Below, in pieces: positions 27,326-37,501 of a stretch of DNA of 40,265 bases. The DNA lies in NCBI GenBank assembly GCA_016839765.1, contig JAEOTP010000078.1:1-40265 (forward strand), in the 5' to 3' direction. The notes below the pieces were generated by a model that was not told the origin of the DNA, did no database searches, and saw nothing but the letters and a program-made list of their open reading frames with translations. Source of the DNA: Promethearchaeota archaeon. Its GTDB lineage: Archaea > Asgardarchaeota > Lokiarchaeia > Sigyniarchaeales > SOKP01. Position numbers and translations under genes: made by a program. Position 1 is the first letter of the stretch; each line of letters opens with the position of its first letter.

Positions 27326-29305
27326 TTATCTTTTTTTATTTTTTACTTTATTAGGTACAATTACTATTCCAAAAAATACTACACATATCAAAAATAAAAT
27401 TAGATTATAACCAGGGATTGCTTGTTCCTTTTTGATTATAATTACTTCTGCAAATCCAATTTTTCCGGTTTTGTCCATCACATAAAATTCCAGCTTCACC
27501 AAACCACTTGGTAATGGATTCCAAGCTGCTTGATTAATAGTACCATTATTAGTAAATATATAATTATGTAAACCTCCATCAAGAGTATACCACATCTCAT
27601 CAGTATGTTTTTCTTTTACCGAAATAATAAAGCTTGGAGCTATATTTTTAAAAACAGATTCATTAGAAGGTGATAAAATAGTAATTTCAGGAACTTCATT
27701 GTCTACAATGGGGAGAAAATCTTGCACCAAGGGAGAACTACAAATATTATGAGGAGTATCACCAATACCATCTCCATTTGCATCAATCCCAGTATAATTA
27801 TCCCAATAGTTTCCGATTTCAGAATTATTCCATCTATTATTTAAACCATTATCACCTATATGCACACCATTATTCCTGAAGAAATTAAGAAAGATCGTAT
27901 TATTATTACTTCCACCCCCCAAATATAACCCAGTATCAATATTTCCAGAAATTACATTTTTAGAAATGTTGCTAAAGCTGTTTACCAGAAAAGCACCAAA
28001 TACATTGTTTTCAATATTATTATCTAAAATTGTATTATTTTCGCAGAAAAACCGGATATCAAGCCCTCTATACCCATTATTTTTAATATTATTTCTAATT
28101 ATAAGGTTGTTATGACCACCAATAGCTATTCCATCCATATAGTTTTCATTTACATCATTTTCTACAATAATTGAGTTAGTAAGACCACCCTCAATACCAT
28201 CATGATTTTCATTGATAATATTTCCAATGATTGAAATTTTATCACAATTAGAGAGCTCTATACCCCACCAATTATTACTAGATAAATTGTTATGGCTAAT
28301 CTCAATGAAACTACAATTAGTTAACGATATTGATACTGAGCCGTCCGATAAATCTAAATTTGATATAATAGAATTATTACAATTTATTAAATAAATTTGA
28401 CCTGCATTTGAGAGATCATCATTATCCAAACCTGTTGAATTTAAATAGAAGTATAGATGCCCACCGTTCACTAAATTTGTAGTATCAATAGTATTAGAAA
28501 GAAAATATGAGTAATGTGAGTAAAAACCACATCCTTCCATCATATTTCCATTAAATTTATTATTATAACATGGACCATATAAATAAATTCCTAGTTCTTC
28601 ATTATTGATTAAAATATTATCCAAGATTGTATTGTTATTACAAAAGGCAAGAAAGTAAATTCCATAACGATTGTAGTTAATAAAATTCCCCTTAATAGTG
28701 TTATTGTCCAATTCTCCTGGTGGACCACCAGGGCCACCACGACAATAAATTCCGTAATCTTCATTATTATTTACAATATTATTGGATACTGTATTATTCA
28801 TACAATAACATTGTTCAATTTCTTCTTGTGTTGGGTGTGTATTATCTGTCCATCCATCTAAATAAATCCCGTTTTCATTATTAGAGCAATTATTATTCAA
28901 TAGAGTGCCATTACACGATCTTGTCAATCGAATACCGTATGTACAATTAAATACAGTACAATTTTCAATTCTAAAAACCACATTTTTTGAATTTCCTATT
29001 GAGATTCCTGAACCTGTACCATCTCCATCTATAATTAAATCTTGGATGACATAAGGATCAGCAAATGTCCCAGATCCAGTACAAATACCAGCATCCACAG
29101 CATCTGACCAATTATCAGCAATCAGTATTTTTCCCGAAATTTGAGAGCCTCTGGGGGTAACTTTATATAAACTTTCATTATTTAATGAATCAATCTTGTT
29201 TATTTTATTAAACGAGGGAACAATAGAGAGAGAGATAAGAAATAAAATTAAACAAACTATTATAAATCCCGTTTTAGGTTTGAATAATCTATTTTGATGG
29301 ATCAT
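27326..29305 (-). CDS. Cell-surface NosD/CASH right-handed beta-helix protein with Ig-like domain and Loki-type C-terminal sorting signal
   Basis: Signal peptide; GSGT-x-x-DPYVI; Asn-rich GI-x-L repeats; GNYWDNY-x-G-x-DANGDGIGDTP; P-x-ITILSP...WYTLDGG; ends IPGY + TM + KKR. Confidence 0.88.
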   Translation of the reverse strand: MIHQNRLFKPKTGFIIVCLILFLISLSIVPSFNKINKIDSLNNESLYKVTPRGSQISGKILIADNWSDAVDAGICTGSGTFADPYVIQDLIIDGDGTGSGISIGNSKNVVFRIENCTVFNCTYGIRLTRSCNGTLLNNNCSNNENGIYLDGWTDNTHPTQEEIEQCYCMNNTVSNNIVNNNEDYGIYCRGGPGGPPGELDNNTIKGNFINYNRYGIYFLAFCNNNTILDNILINNEELGIYLYGPCYNNKFNGNMMEGCGFYSHYSYFLSNTIDTTNLVNGGHLYFYLNSTGLDNDDLSNAGQIYLINCNNSIISNLDLSDGSVSISLTNCSFIEISHNNLSSNNWWGIELSNCDKISIIGNIINENHDGIEGGLTNSIIVENDVNENYMDGIAIGGHNNLIIRNNIKNNGYRGLDIRFFCENNTILDNNIENNVFGAFLVNSFSNISKNVISGNIDTGLYLGGGSNNNTIFLNFFRNNGVHIGDNGLNNRWNNSEIGNYWDNYTGIDANGDGIGDTPHNICSSPLVQDFLPIVDNEVPEITILSPSNESVFKNIAPSFIISVKEKHTDEMWYTLDGGLHNYIFTNNGTINQAAWNPLPSGLVKLEFYVMDKTGKIGFAEVIIIKKEQAIPGYNLILFLICVVFFGIVIVPNKVKNKKR

Positions 29306-29505
29306 GCTTTTCTCTATTTAAATTGAAATTTCATGCATTTTGTCTATGATTATTATATTTCTTTTTTTACCCATATAAATATTTCTAGCATGATTAACAA
29401 ATGATTTAGATTTTAATATGTGAATCGATGAGATTTACAAGGCTAATAATTAAAAGTTTACTTGAAATATTAGATCTTAAGAAATAGATAATCAGATTTA
29501 AAGAA

Positions 29506-30795
29506 TTGAAATTCAAGAATTTTATCTTTTATGGTTTAATAATAGGATTAATTTTTAGTTCCTTAGCCCAATACATATCATTTGCATCTCTTAGTTTTCA
29601 AATTGAAAGAAATAATTTTAGTATGAAATCCAATGGATTAAGTCAATCATGGAGTATTCCTTTAGACTATATTGGACAAGATATTGCATTTGATTCAAAT
29701 AATTGTATTTATGTTGTTGGATATGATTATTCATCTAATAATTCGATAAAATTAATGAAGTATAACAGCTCGGGAGTTCAATTATGGAATAAAGAATTAG
29801 AAGGATTTTATAAACATAATCCAATAATGAAAATTGATTTAAACAACAATTTGTATTTAGCAGGTTATTATAAGAATCAAACAACAGACTGGAATGCAGC
29901 AATTTTTAAATTTAATTCCTCAGGTGATTTGCAATGGCAAAAGATATATGAAGATGATAATGTTAGTTTTATTCATGATATCGTTTTAGATTCAGAAGAT
30001 CATATATATATTTATGGCTCCTTGGAATCGGATAATTTATTTATAATAAAATATAATAAATCTGGCAGTCAATTATGGTTTCACGAATTTGGAGAAATTG
30101 GTATACTTAATTATGGATATAGTATTTTGATTGATTCAGATAACGATATCATCATCTCAGGGATTTCTTCTAATTATAGTTCGATATACTGGTTAAGATC
30201 TTATAATATATCAAGGGAATTGCAGTGGTCTATTACTCGTGATTCTGAATCTTTTCCCTTACTTGGATTAGATTCATCAGATAATGTGATTTCAATCGCA
30301 AATTATGATCGGCAATTGGATTTGGTTAAATATGATATCTCTGGGAATTCTATTTGGAATTATACACTTGAATCGCGATTTTTAGACTTATTACCGCACG
30401 GTGGACCGCCAGTTCCAATGAAATATCAATTTGACTTAACATTGGACTCATCCGATAACATCTATATTGGTTGGGAGATAGAAATACCGAATGACCTGTA
30501 TAATGCTGATATATTGATAATCAAAATCAACAATTCTGGAAATTTTGAATCGTATTTAACATGGGGGGATTCTAATAATGATTATTTAATAAAAATTGGT
30601 ACTGATTCAAATGAGAATATTTATTTATTGTCTGTCCATTATTTAACTAAAAATCCAGTAAGTAATGGTAAATCTCTTTATAGAACAAATCTTTGGAACT
30701 TTTATTTAATTCTTTTTGGAATTTGTTGCTTTGTATCTCTAATTTCATTATATTTTATCATAAGATCCAGAATTAGAAAGAGTTCAAATACATAG
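29506..30795 (+). CDS. Membrane-anchored SBBP-type beta-propeller surface protein
   Basis: Repeated D-S-x-x-N-I-Y-x-x-G and K-Y-N-S-S-G-x-x-x-W blades; N-terminal signal and C-terminal TM with basic tail. Confidence 0.82.
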   Translation: MKFKNFIFYGLIIGLIFSSLAQYISFASLSFQIERNNFSMKSNGLSQSWSIPLDYIGQDIAFDSNNCIYVVGYDYSSNNSIKLMKYNSSGVQLWNKELEGFYKHNPIMKIDLNNNLYLAGYYKNQTTDWNAAIFKFNSSGDLQWQKIYEDDNVSFIHDIVLDSEDHIYIYGSLESDNLFIIKYNKSGSQLWFHEFGEIGILNYGYSILIDSDNDIIISGISSNYSSIYWLRSYNISRELQWSITRDSESFPLLGLDSSDNVISIANYDRQLDLVKYDISGNSIWNYTLESRFLDLLPHGGPPVPMKYQFDLTLDSSDNIYIGWEIEIPNDLYNADILIIKINNSGNFESYLTWGDSNNDYLIKIGTDSNENIYLLSVHYLTKNPVSNGKSLYRTNLWNFYLILFGICCFVSLISLYFIIRSRIRKSSNT

Positions 30796-30826
30796 CATTG
30801 TTTTATCGACTGTTAAAATAAAGATA

Positions 30827-31342
30827 TTACCAGAAACCATACGTACCTAATTGTATTGAAAAGACGCAAAATTGAAAAGATGCGAAATTTGCTAGCGTGG
30901 AAATCAATGCAGTTTTTTTTAACGATAAAAATTTCCTGATTGACTTTCTATAAAAAAGTTTTCGAAATTCTAAACAATATAAGAACCATTCAATTAATAC
31001 CGTTATGATGATAATTATAATCGCATAGAACAGATAGAATTCAAAAAAGAATGCTAAAACGAAGCAAGAAATTATATAGGTGGGAGGAAATATAACTAGA
31101 TTAACTAATGCTACCGAAGAAAATAACTCTTTTTTAACTAAATCGCCCGATCTAAGAAAAATATAAACAACACCATATTCAATAATTATGTTAATAATAA
31201 CTGTAATGATTAAATACGTAATTATTAAAATTGGCTGTTCATAGAAGGGTGTGGGAACTAGTACAGAATATACCTTTGGAATAATAATGAAGAATAGTGT
31301 TAAAAAGACGATAATAGTGGAAAGATAATTTTTATATTTCAC
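30827..31342 (-). CDS. Hypothetical multi-pass membrane protein
   Basis: About 5 hydrophobic segments with IIEY, VNL, LIEW and S-x-LAN-x-ASF motifs. Confidence 0.7.
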   Translation of the reverse strand: MKYKNYLSTIIVFLTLFFIIIPKVYSVLVPTPFYEQPILIITYLIITVIINIIIEYGVVYIFLRSGDLVKKELFSSVALVNLVIFPPTYIISCFVLAFFFEFYLFYAIIIIIITVLIEWFLYCLEFRKLFYRKSIRKFLSLKKTALISTLANFASFQFCVFSIQLGTYGFW

Positions 31343-31485
31343 ATTGAATGCTTAGTAAAGAAAAATTAAAAACATTTAGGCATTATTGAAATTTTATTAA
31401 AAGTTTATAATTTTAAAATTGAAGATTTAAATAGAAATAAACCTTGAATTAAAATACCTATTAAATGACTTTAAGGTGAAAAAAT

Positions 31486-31713
31486 GTGGCATGGACTCCG
31501 CCAACAAAATTTACGGTATTTTTATCATTCCTCTTATTAGCAGGAGGATTGTTTTTATTAATTGTTTTAATTTTTGGAATACCTGGGATTACATTACCTG
31601 CATTTAATCTTGGAACACTTAGTTCAACTGAAACATGGGGGCTTATTGGCATTTTACTAGTTTTCTTTTCTTGGCTTCTATTCTTACTCGGAGTTAGGCT
31701 GAAGGGAATGTGA
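31486..31713 (+). CDS. Small two-TM membrane protein
   Basis: AAGGTGA Shine-Dalgarno-like site before GTG; two hydrophobic helices; T9 tract at 31740-31748. Confidence 0.75.
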   Translation: MAWTPPTKFTVFLSFLLLAGGLFLLIVLIFGIPGITLPAFNLGTLSSTETWGLIGILLVFFSWLLFLLGVRLKGM

Positions 31714-31845
31714 TAATCTATAATTTTGATTTTATCTTATTTTTTTTTAATTATTTGTTATTATTATTATCATCATAATATTAAGGAGAAAATCAAAGAA
31801 AAGAAATTGATGGGAATCTTTCCTATTTATTTTATTCCTTTTAAT

Positions 31846-32622
31846 CTAATAAAGTAAGCCAAAAGCGGAAGTAAAAATTGTTTTGATGCCTATTATTAAG
31901 AGAAAACAAAAAATGAGAATCTCAAATGTTTTTAAGGGAATTTTAGGAGTAATTTTATGACCAAGCTTAGTTCCAACGAATATCACTGGAAATGCGAATA
32001 AAAAAACTAAAAATAAGTCATAAGGAAATACATTTTCAATGAAGTAAAATGGGATTCTAGATATTGATAATATAGTTCCAATAGCTCCAAAATTTTCAAT
32101 GAAATTTTCCTTATAGTGTCCAGTTTTTTCTAATAATGCTACGTTAAGAGGACCAGCGGCACTTATTAAACCAGTTAGTAATCCATACGAAAATCCACCA
32201 ATAAATATAATAGGTGATGTTGAGTTTATTTGATTTTTTATATCGTCTTTGATTGGATTTCTAATACATTGAATAAGTTTTATTGAAGAATATATCAAAA
32301 CGAAAATTCCAAAAATTAACTCTATCCATTCTGTTCGAATATTTATAATTAAGTATGTTCCAAGAATTGTAGCAGGGATACCTAAAGATAAGAATCGGAG
32401 GAAATAACCCTTATCTAAAAATTCTCGATATTTAATAAAATTAAGTAAAGCGGGAAAGGTTCCCCAAAGATTCACTAGAATTACTGCTGCTTTTACTCCA
32501 ATTATTGGAGTTATGATAGGAATTAATATAAGTGCATCTCCAAACCCTATGATGCCATAAACCATACTCGAAAAAAAAATTGGGATTAAAATTAGATAAA
32601 TACTCATCTTATAAGATTTCAA
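31846..32622 (-). CDS. TauE/SafE family permease
   Basis: GIIGFGDALILIP, GIPATILG, GGFSYGLLTGLISAAGPL and GTKLG motifs. Confidence 0.85.
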   Translation of the reverse strand: MKSYKMSIYLILIPIFFSSMVYGIIGFGDALILIPIITPIIGVKAAVILVNLWGTFPALLNFIKYREFLDKGYFLRFLSLGIPATILGTYLIINIRTEWIELIFGIFVLIYSSIKLIQCIRNPIKDDIKNQINSTSPIIFIGGFSYGLLTGLISAAGPLNVALLEKTGHYKENFIENFGAIGTILSISRIPFYFIENVFPYDLFLVFLFAFPVIFVGTKLGHKITPKIPLKTFEILIFCFLLIIGIKTIFTSAFGLLY

Positions 32623-32706
32623 AATATTTTTTATGTATAAGCTTTTAGATTATGATTTTATTTACAGGGTGAGGATAGAAAACTTTTTATAATTAAAAAA
32701 AGAATA

Positions 32707-33699
32707 TTGATACGCTCTTTGAAATCAAATAAAAATGAATATTATAAAAATGTGAATTTAATGTCATATGCGATTAAAACAATGGGTTTGAAAAAATATT
32801 TTGGTGATATACATGCTGTTGATGGAATAGATTTAAAAATACCTAAAGGTTCTCTGTTTGGTGTTCTTGGACCGAATGGTGCGGGAAAAACTACAACTAT
32901 TAGAATGTTATCAACGATATTATCTCCCACTAGTGGGGAAGCCAAAGTTTTAGGATTCGATCTAAAAAAGGAAGCACGTGAGATTAAAAGAAGGATAGGT
33001 TTGTGTCCTCAAGAACTTGTAGTTTACCCACGTCTAACAGCAAAAGAGAATATTCATTTAATTGCCCAAATGCATGGAATGGCAAAGAAGGACTATAAAG
33101 AAAGAACCGATGACTTGTTAGGAAAAATGAATTTGTTGGATCGTGCAAATTCTTTAGTCAAAGGATACTCAGGTGGAATGAAACGGCGAATCAATGTATT
33201 AATGGCAGTTATCCATGAACCAGAGTTATTATTTTTCGATGAGCCCACAGCGGGGCTTGATCCTCAGTCGCGACGGGTAGTTTGGGATTTTATCCGAGAT
33301 TTTCAAGAAAGAAAATGTACTATAATTTTAACAACACATAACATGGAAGAAGCAGATGATCTTTCGGATGAGCTTGTTATAATTGATCATGGAAAAATTA
33401 TTGCCCAGGGTACTCCAGACGAATTGAAAGGAAAGTTAGGAGAAGGAGATATACTAGAATTTAAAGTTAAAGAAATAGAACAGAGAGAAGACATTATTGA
33501 GCGTGCAAAATCATTAGATTTTGTAAGATGGGGCAAACCAGTTGGAAAACATAGGATAGTTCTAAATGCTCTTGACGGATTAAGGCGAGTCTCAGAAATC
33601 ATGGATGTTGTTAAAGTTAAAATGGAAGATATCTCTGTTCATAAAAATACTTTAGAAGATGTATTTATTGATTTAACAGGTAGGAGGTTGAGAGACTAA
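32707..33699 (+). CDS. ABC-2 (DrrA-like) exporter ATP-binding subunit
   Basis: GPNGAGKTT, YSGGMKRR, FFDEPTAGLDPQSR, TTHNMEEAD, LEDVFIDLTG. Likely start ATG 32761. Confidence 0.95.
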   Translation: MIRSLKSNKNEYYKNVNLMSYAIKTMGLKKYFGDIHAVDGIDLKIPKGSLFGVLGPNGAGKTTTIRMLSTILSPTSGEAKVLGFDLKKEAREIKRRIGLCPQELVVYPRLTAKENIHLIAQMHGMAKKDYKERTDDLLGKMNLLDRANSLVKGYSGGMKRRINVLMAVIHEPELLFFDEPTAGLDPQSRRVVWDFIRDFQERKCTIILTTHNMEEADDLSDELVIIDHGKIIAQGTPDELKGKLGEGDILEFKVKEIEQREDIIERAKSLDFVRWGKPVGKHRIVLNALDGLRRVSEIMDVVKVKMEDISVHKNTLEDVFIDLTGRRLRD

Positions 33700-34433
33700 T
33701 GGCACTCAAGATGGAACCTAAAGTTACCAAACAGCTGTTGTATTTAACTATAAAAAACTTCAAATCAATGATTCGTGAGCTAAGTCAGTTAATTTGGATT
33801 TTCGGTTACCCTTTAGTTTTTATTCTCTTATTTAGGTTTGCATATGGTTTAGAGGTTTATAATATATTTGCACCAGGTGTTATAATCTTAGCTCCAATTG
33901 TATTAATTTCACAACTAGCAGGCCATTTTGCTGATGAAAAAGAATCAGGAACACTACAACGCTTAATTACTACGCCTGTTTCACGTCAAATTATATTATT
34001 ATCAGGGTTATTTTCTCAATTGATAGTTGCAGCAATACAAATTGTAATAATGCTTCTTCTGACTTTTTTATTCGGAGCATCTTTCCATCCTAATGCAAAT
34101 ATCTTTTTGTTATTCGTTATTCCGTTTTTAGTTGCATTTACCTCTCTTGGATTTGGTTTACTCCTTGCATCATTCGTAAAAACTGCTGGCTCAGCAGGGG
34201 GTCTTGCATGGTTTATCATTTTACCACTCCAATTTTTAGGGGGCTTACTTACCGCTCCAGTTATAGGTTTTATACCTACATCTCTTGCAGCAGTAGCAAT
34301 GGGTGCTGTAATGATACATGGAAGCATTGCATTTGATCCAGTTGGGTTAAATTTAATATGGGTTACTATATGGGGAGTAGGTTTAATAATCCTAGGTGTT
34401 CTTCTATTTCAGCGAAAAACAGCAATTCTTTAA
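33699..34433 (+). CDS. ABC-2 exporter permease
   Basis: Six TM segments; EKESGTLQRLITTPVS; TAATG overlap with the ATPase gene. Confidence 0.92.
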   Translation: MALKMEPKVTKQLLYLTIKNFKSMIRELSQLIWIFGYPLVFILLFRFAYGLEVYNIFAPGVIILAPIVLISQLAGHFADEKESGTLQRLITTPVSRQIILLSGLFSQLIVAAIQIVIMLLLTFLFGASFHPNANIFLLFVIPFLVAFTSLGFGLLLASFVKTAGSAGGLAWFIILPLQFLGGLLTAPVIGFIPTSLAAVAMGAVMIHGSIAFDPVGLNLIWVTIWGVGLIILGVLLFQRKTAIL

Positions 34434-34443
34434 CTTAAAATTC

Positions 34444-34453
34444 TTTTTTTTTT
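34444..34453 (+). terminator. Oligo-T terminator
   Basis: T10 about 10 bp after the permease stop. Confidence 0.55.
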
Positions 34454-34587
34454 GGAAAGTAAAAAGTAATAATATTAGTTTTACACTAAATCTTTAACCT
34501 CATATTTTTTTATTCAATCATAGCATTTCATATCTTAAAGCTGTAAATCTCAATAAAATATATTTGTAATTTTCCTTAAAAATAGAA

Positions 34588-35901
34588 ATGCCATCTCTCT
34601 TAGAAAAAGTTAGAGTACTAGGAGCAGCGGGAAAATATGATATATGTGCTTCAAGTGGGTGTGCGTCAAATTCAAGAGTTTCAAATAAAGATTTAAAGAA
34701 GATAAACGGAAAAAGAGAAGAAAGCAGTTCTAATAAAATAAAAAACAAACCTTATTTTGGTTCTACTCTTTCAAGTGGTATATGTCACAGTTTCACCCCA
34801 GATGGGAAGTGTGTATCTCTTTTTAAAGTCTTATTTTCTAATGCTTGTATATTTAATTGCAAATATTGCTTTAATAAGGTTAATAGGAGGAAGATGAGCC
34901 TTACTCCAGAGGAGTATGCCAGAGCCTTTATGCATCTATATTTAGGAAATTATGTTGAGGGCATGTTTCTTTCATCCGGAGTAACCAAAAATGCAGATAT
35001 AACCATGGAAAAAATGCTGCAAGCTGTTATTCTTTTAAGAGAAAAACATAATTTTCGAGGGTATATTCATTTTAAATGCCTTCCTGGAGCATCAAGGGAT
35101 ATAATTCAGAGAGCTGCTCAGTATGTTGATAGAATGAGTATAAACCTTGAATCTCCTACAGAAGATCATCTATCAGAGATTGCAGATCAAAAAAATTTAA
35201 AAACTGACATATTACGTAGACAAGAATGGATTCGAGATATGTCAGAAAAAAACTTTAGTAATTGGGAAAAGATTGATAGAATTCAATCATTTGATACAGG
35301 GTTGCATAATAAAATACCAAATCAAATCTGCGAAGTGAAATATAATCAGGCAAAACAATTACCTGCTGGACAAACTACACAATTTGTTGTTGGTGCTGCA
35401 GATGAAACAGATTGGGACATTCTTAATAGGCTTAATTGGGAATATAAGTCCATTAAACTGCGTAGAGGTTATTTTTCAGCATTTTATCCCATAATTGGAA
35501 CTCCTTTAGAAAAAAAAACAGCCACTCCTTTGTTAAGGGAGCACCGTCTTTACCAAACAGATTGGTTGATGAGAATTTATAAGATTCCTTTGAAAGAAAT
35601 CAAAGATATATTAATAGATGATCTTTATTTACCACGAACGGATCCCAAAATAAAGTTAGCAAATAATTATTTTGATGGAATAAAAGCTAATGACATTAAT
35701 AATTTACCATATTCAGAGCTACTTAGAATCCCAGGGATTGGTTTAACATCCGCAAGAAGAATCATGAAATTAAGAAATGAGGGAATTAAAATAACTAAGA
35801 AAATTCAACTAAAAAATATAGGGGTCGTACTTAAAAGAGCAGAACCATATATCAAATTTGGAAATAACTACCAGTCAACTCTTGAAACTTTTATCGTATA
35901 A
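34588..35901 (+). CDS. Putative DNA modification/repair radical SAM protein with HhH (TIGR03916-type)
   Basis: KYDICAS, GICHSFTPDGKCVSLFK, CIFNCKYC, GMFLSSG, GYIHFK, PAGQTTQ, REHRLYQTDWL, LLRIPGIG. Confidence 0.92.
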   Translation: MPSLLEKVRVLGAAGKYDICASSGCASNSRVSNKDLKKINGKREESSSNKIKNKPYFGSTLSSGICHSFTPDGKCVSLFKVLFSNACIFNCKYCFNKVNRRKMSLTPEEYARAFMHLYLGNYVEGMFLSSGVTKNADITMEKMLQAVILLREKHNFRGYIHFKCLPGASRDIIQRAAQYVDRMSINLESPTEDHLSEIADQKNLKTDILRRQEWIRDMSEKNFSNWEKIDRIQSFDTGLHNKIPNQICEVKYNQAKQLPAGQTTQFVVGAADETDWDILNRLNWEYKSIKLRRGYFSAFYPIIGTPLEKKTATPLLREHRLYQTDWLMRIYKIPLKEIKDILIDDLYLPRTDPKIKLANNYFDGIKANDINNLPYSELLRIPGIGLTSARRIMKLRNEGIKITKKIQLKNIGVVLKRAEPYIKFGNNYQSTLETFIV

Positions 35902-35938
35902 TTGATTGAATTAAAAAAATAATCAGGTAAGTTGAAAA

Positions 35939-36643
35939 ATGTTTAGCATGAATAGAACTAAGATTATTAGCCTATTGAAAAGACACAAAAATTTTCTGAA
36001 TAAACCACTAAGAGAAAGAGAGAAAATAATTTGGGGAATAATGAGAGATTCTAAAGCAGTAATTGAAACTAAATTGACAACAATAGCTCGGAATTATTAT
36101 AATATGGCTCGTGCTGTTTCCAATGAAATACACTATAATAAGATGTTTACACGGCTCAGAATAGAAGAAAGCATGATCCTTACAGGGTACATTCAACCAA
36201 TACACTCAGTGGAAGATTTAATTTTAGAATTCTTTTACAACAGATTTCCTAAATATACAATAATTTTATTTTCAGGCAAAAAAAATAAAACTTACATGAT
36301 TTCACCAAAGCAAATAAGTGATGATCTAAACAGATTAAAGGTAATAAAGTATACTATTAAAAAGGATTACCTTATAGGGAGTTCTAGTCTGAAACCAAAA
36401 AAGGTGATTTCAATAATTTCACCCATATTAGCGAAACATAACAGCATTAACCCCCTCTTAGATAATGAGTTTGATTCCAAAGAACTGTTTGAGTCTTTTT
36501 ATGAATCCCAATTCATCAAATCAAGAGAAAATCTAAGACTTTTTAATCAAAACATGCCAAGAAAATATCAGAAAAAGAAAGACATGAAAATAGAACGCTC
36601 TTTTCGTACCAAAACAATAGACAAATTTATTAAGAAATTTTGA
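35939..36643 (+). CDS. DUF4130-like partner of the repair radical SAM protein
   Basis: V-x-x-EIH...F-x-RL, I-x-P-x-H, FF-x-x-RFP, F-x-x-FY-x-SQFI-x-x-RENLRL-x-x-QNMPRKY; canonical position after the radical SAM gene. Confidence 0.8.
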   Translation: MFSMNRTKIISLLKRHKNFLNKPLREREKIIWGIMRDSKAVIETKLTTIARNYYNMARAVSNEIHYNKMFTRLRIEESMILTGYIQPIHSVEDLILEFFYNRFPKYTIILFSGKKNKTYMISPKQISDDLNRLKVIKYTIKKDYLIGSSSLKPKKVISIISPILAKHNSINPLLDNEFDSKELFESFYESQFIKSRENLRLFNQNMPRKYQKKKDMKIERSFRTKTIDKFIKKF

Positions 36644-36656
36644 GAAATCTTTTTCG

Positions 36657-37403
36657 TTATTCGTTTAGTACTTCATCAAGCTTTTTTTGAATATAACGAT
36701 GTTGTTTACCAAATATTAGTTTCTTATTTTTTTCAATAAACTTCCAACTAAATCCCTTTATTTTACTCAAAGAACCTTGAATTCCTTTAGGGTTACCTGT
36801 TCTTGTATAAGTTATCTCGGTATGCTTAATTGCTTTAAATACCTTATGAGGTGTCTTATATTTTTCAATTAACGATTTTGCTTTTTTAGGGCCAATATCT
36901 ACAAGCCCTTCAATAATAAAAGTCCTTCTTTCTTCAATGCTCATTCCTTTTGGTGCTTTTCTTGCTAATAATATACCCCCGTCTTTAATTTGTTCTCTAT
37001 AAGCTACGCGCTCGACAACAATAGCAGTGTCTTCTATATTCCTTGTAGGAATTACAGCAATTCCTAGTTTATATGATATAAACGCAAGAGCACCATAAAT
37101 CGAGGAAATCTTCATTCCAACATTTTCAAAAACATTGTCGTTTAAACCCTCTAGAATTAAAATTGGGGTATTATAAGTTTCCTGTAACCTCATTATTTGC
37201 TCAAATAGACGATTATCCATAATTGAAGTCACAAAATCAAAACCCTCCTTTCTTTCTATAGCTACTTCGTCAGAAACAACAACATCAGCAATGTCCAACT
37301 GCTTATTTTCATAAGTGATGCGATCTTTCCTATTATCCAATATTTTACTTAATTTTTGTTCTCTAGTATCTACAATAATGTGTGGTATTTCATTTTGCTC
37401 CAT
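36657..37403 (-). CDS. xpf: ERCC4-domain structure-specific endonuclease, short Xpf type (nuclease + HhH2)
   Basis: IIVDTRE, IAD, AIERK, DFVTSI-x-D-x-RLFEQ, LILEG, DIGPKKA; no helicase domain. Confidence 0.88.
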   Translation of the reverse strand: MEQNEIPHIIVDTREQKLSKILDNRKDRITYENKQLDIADVVVSDEVAIERKEGFDFVTSIMDNRLFEQIMRLQETYNTPILILEGLNDNVFENVGMKISSIYGALAFISYKLGIAVIPTRNIEDTAIVVERVAYREQIKDGGILLARKAPKGMSIEERRTFIIEGLVDIGPKKAKSLIEKYKTPHKVFKAIKHTEITYTRTGNPKGIQGSLSKIKGFSWKFIEKNKKLIFGKQHRYIQKKLDEVLNE

Positions 37404-37501
37404 ATTTTTATCAAATCAGAGAAATTAATTCCTTTTAAGTTTATTACTAATTATATTGGTATTTAAAAGAAAAATAGTTTTACTATGTTATTTATTATCT
37501 A

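Noticed and set aside
31705-31716. C-terminal selenocysteine at TGA-TAA
   Set aside because: No redox motif and no SECIS-like hairpin seen downstream; a tandem stop is the simpler reading.
4799-36205. Short ORFs nested in or antisense to long genes (4799, 5804, 6771, 9378, 12712, 13369, 16685, 16879, 22147, 23318, 24786, 26453, 28212, 31461, 32742, 33387, 34016, 34518, 36008)
   Set aside because: They overlap motif-supported genes and have no recognisable features of their own.
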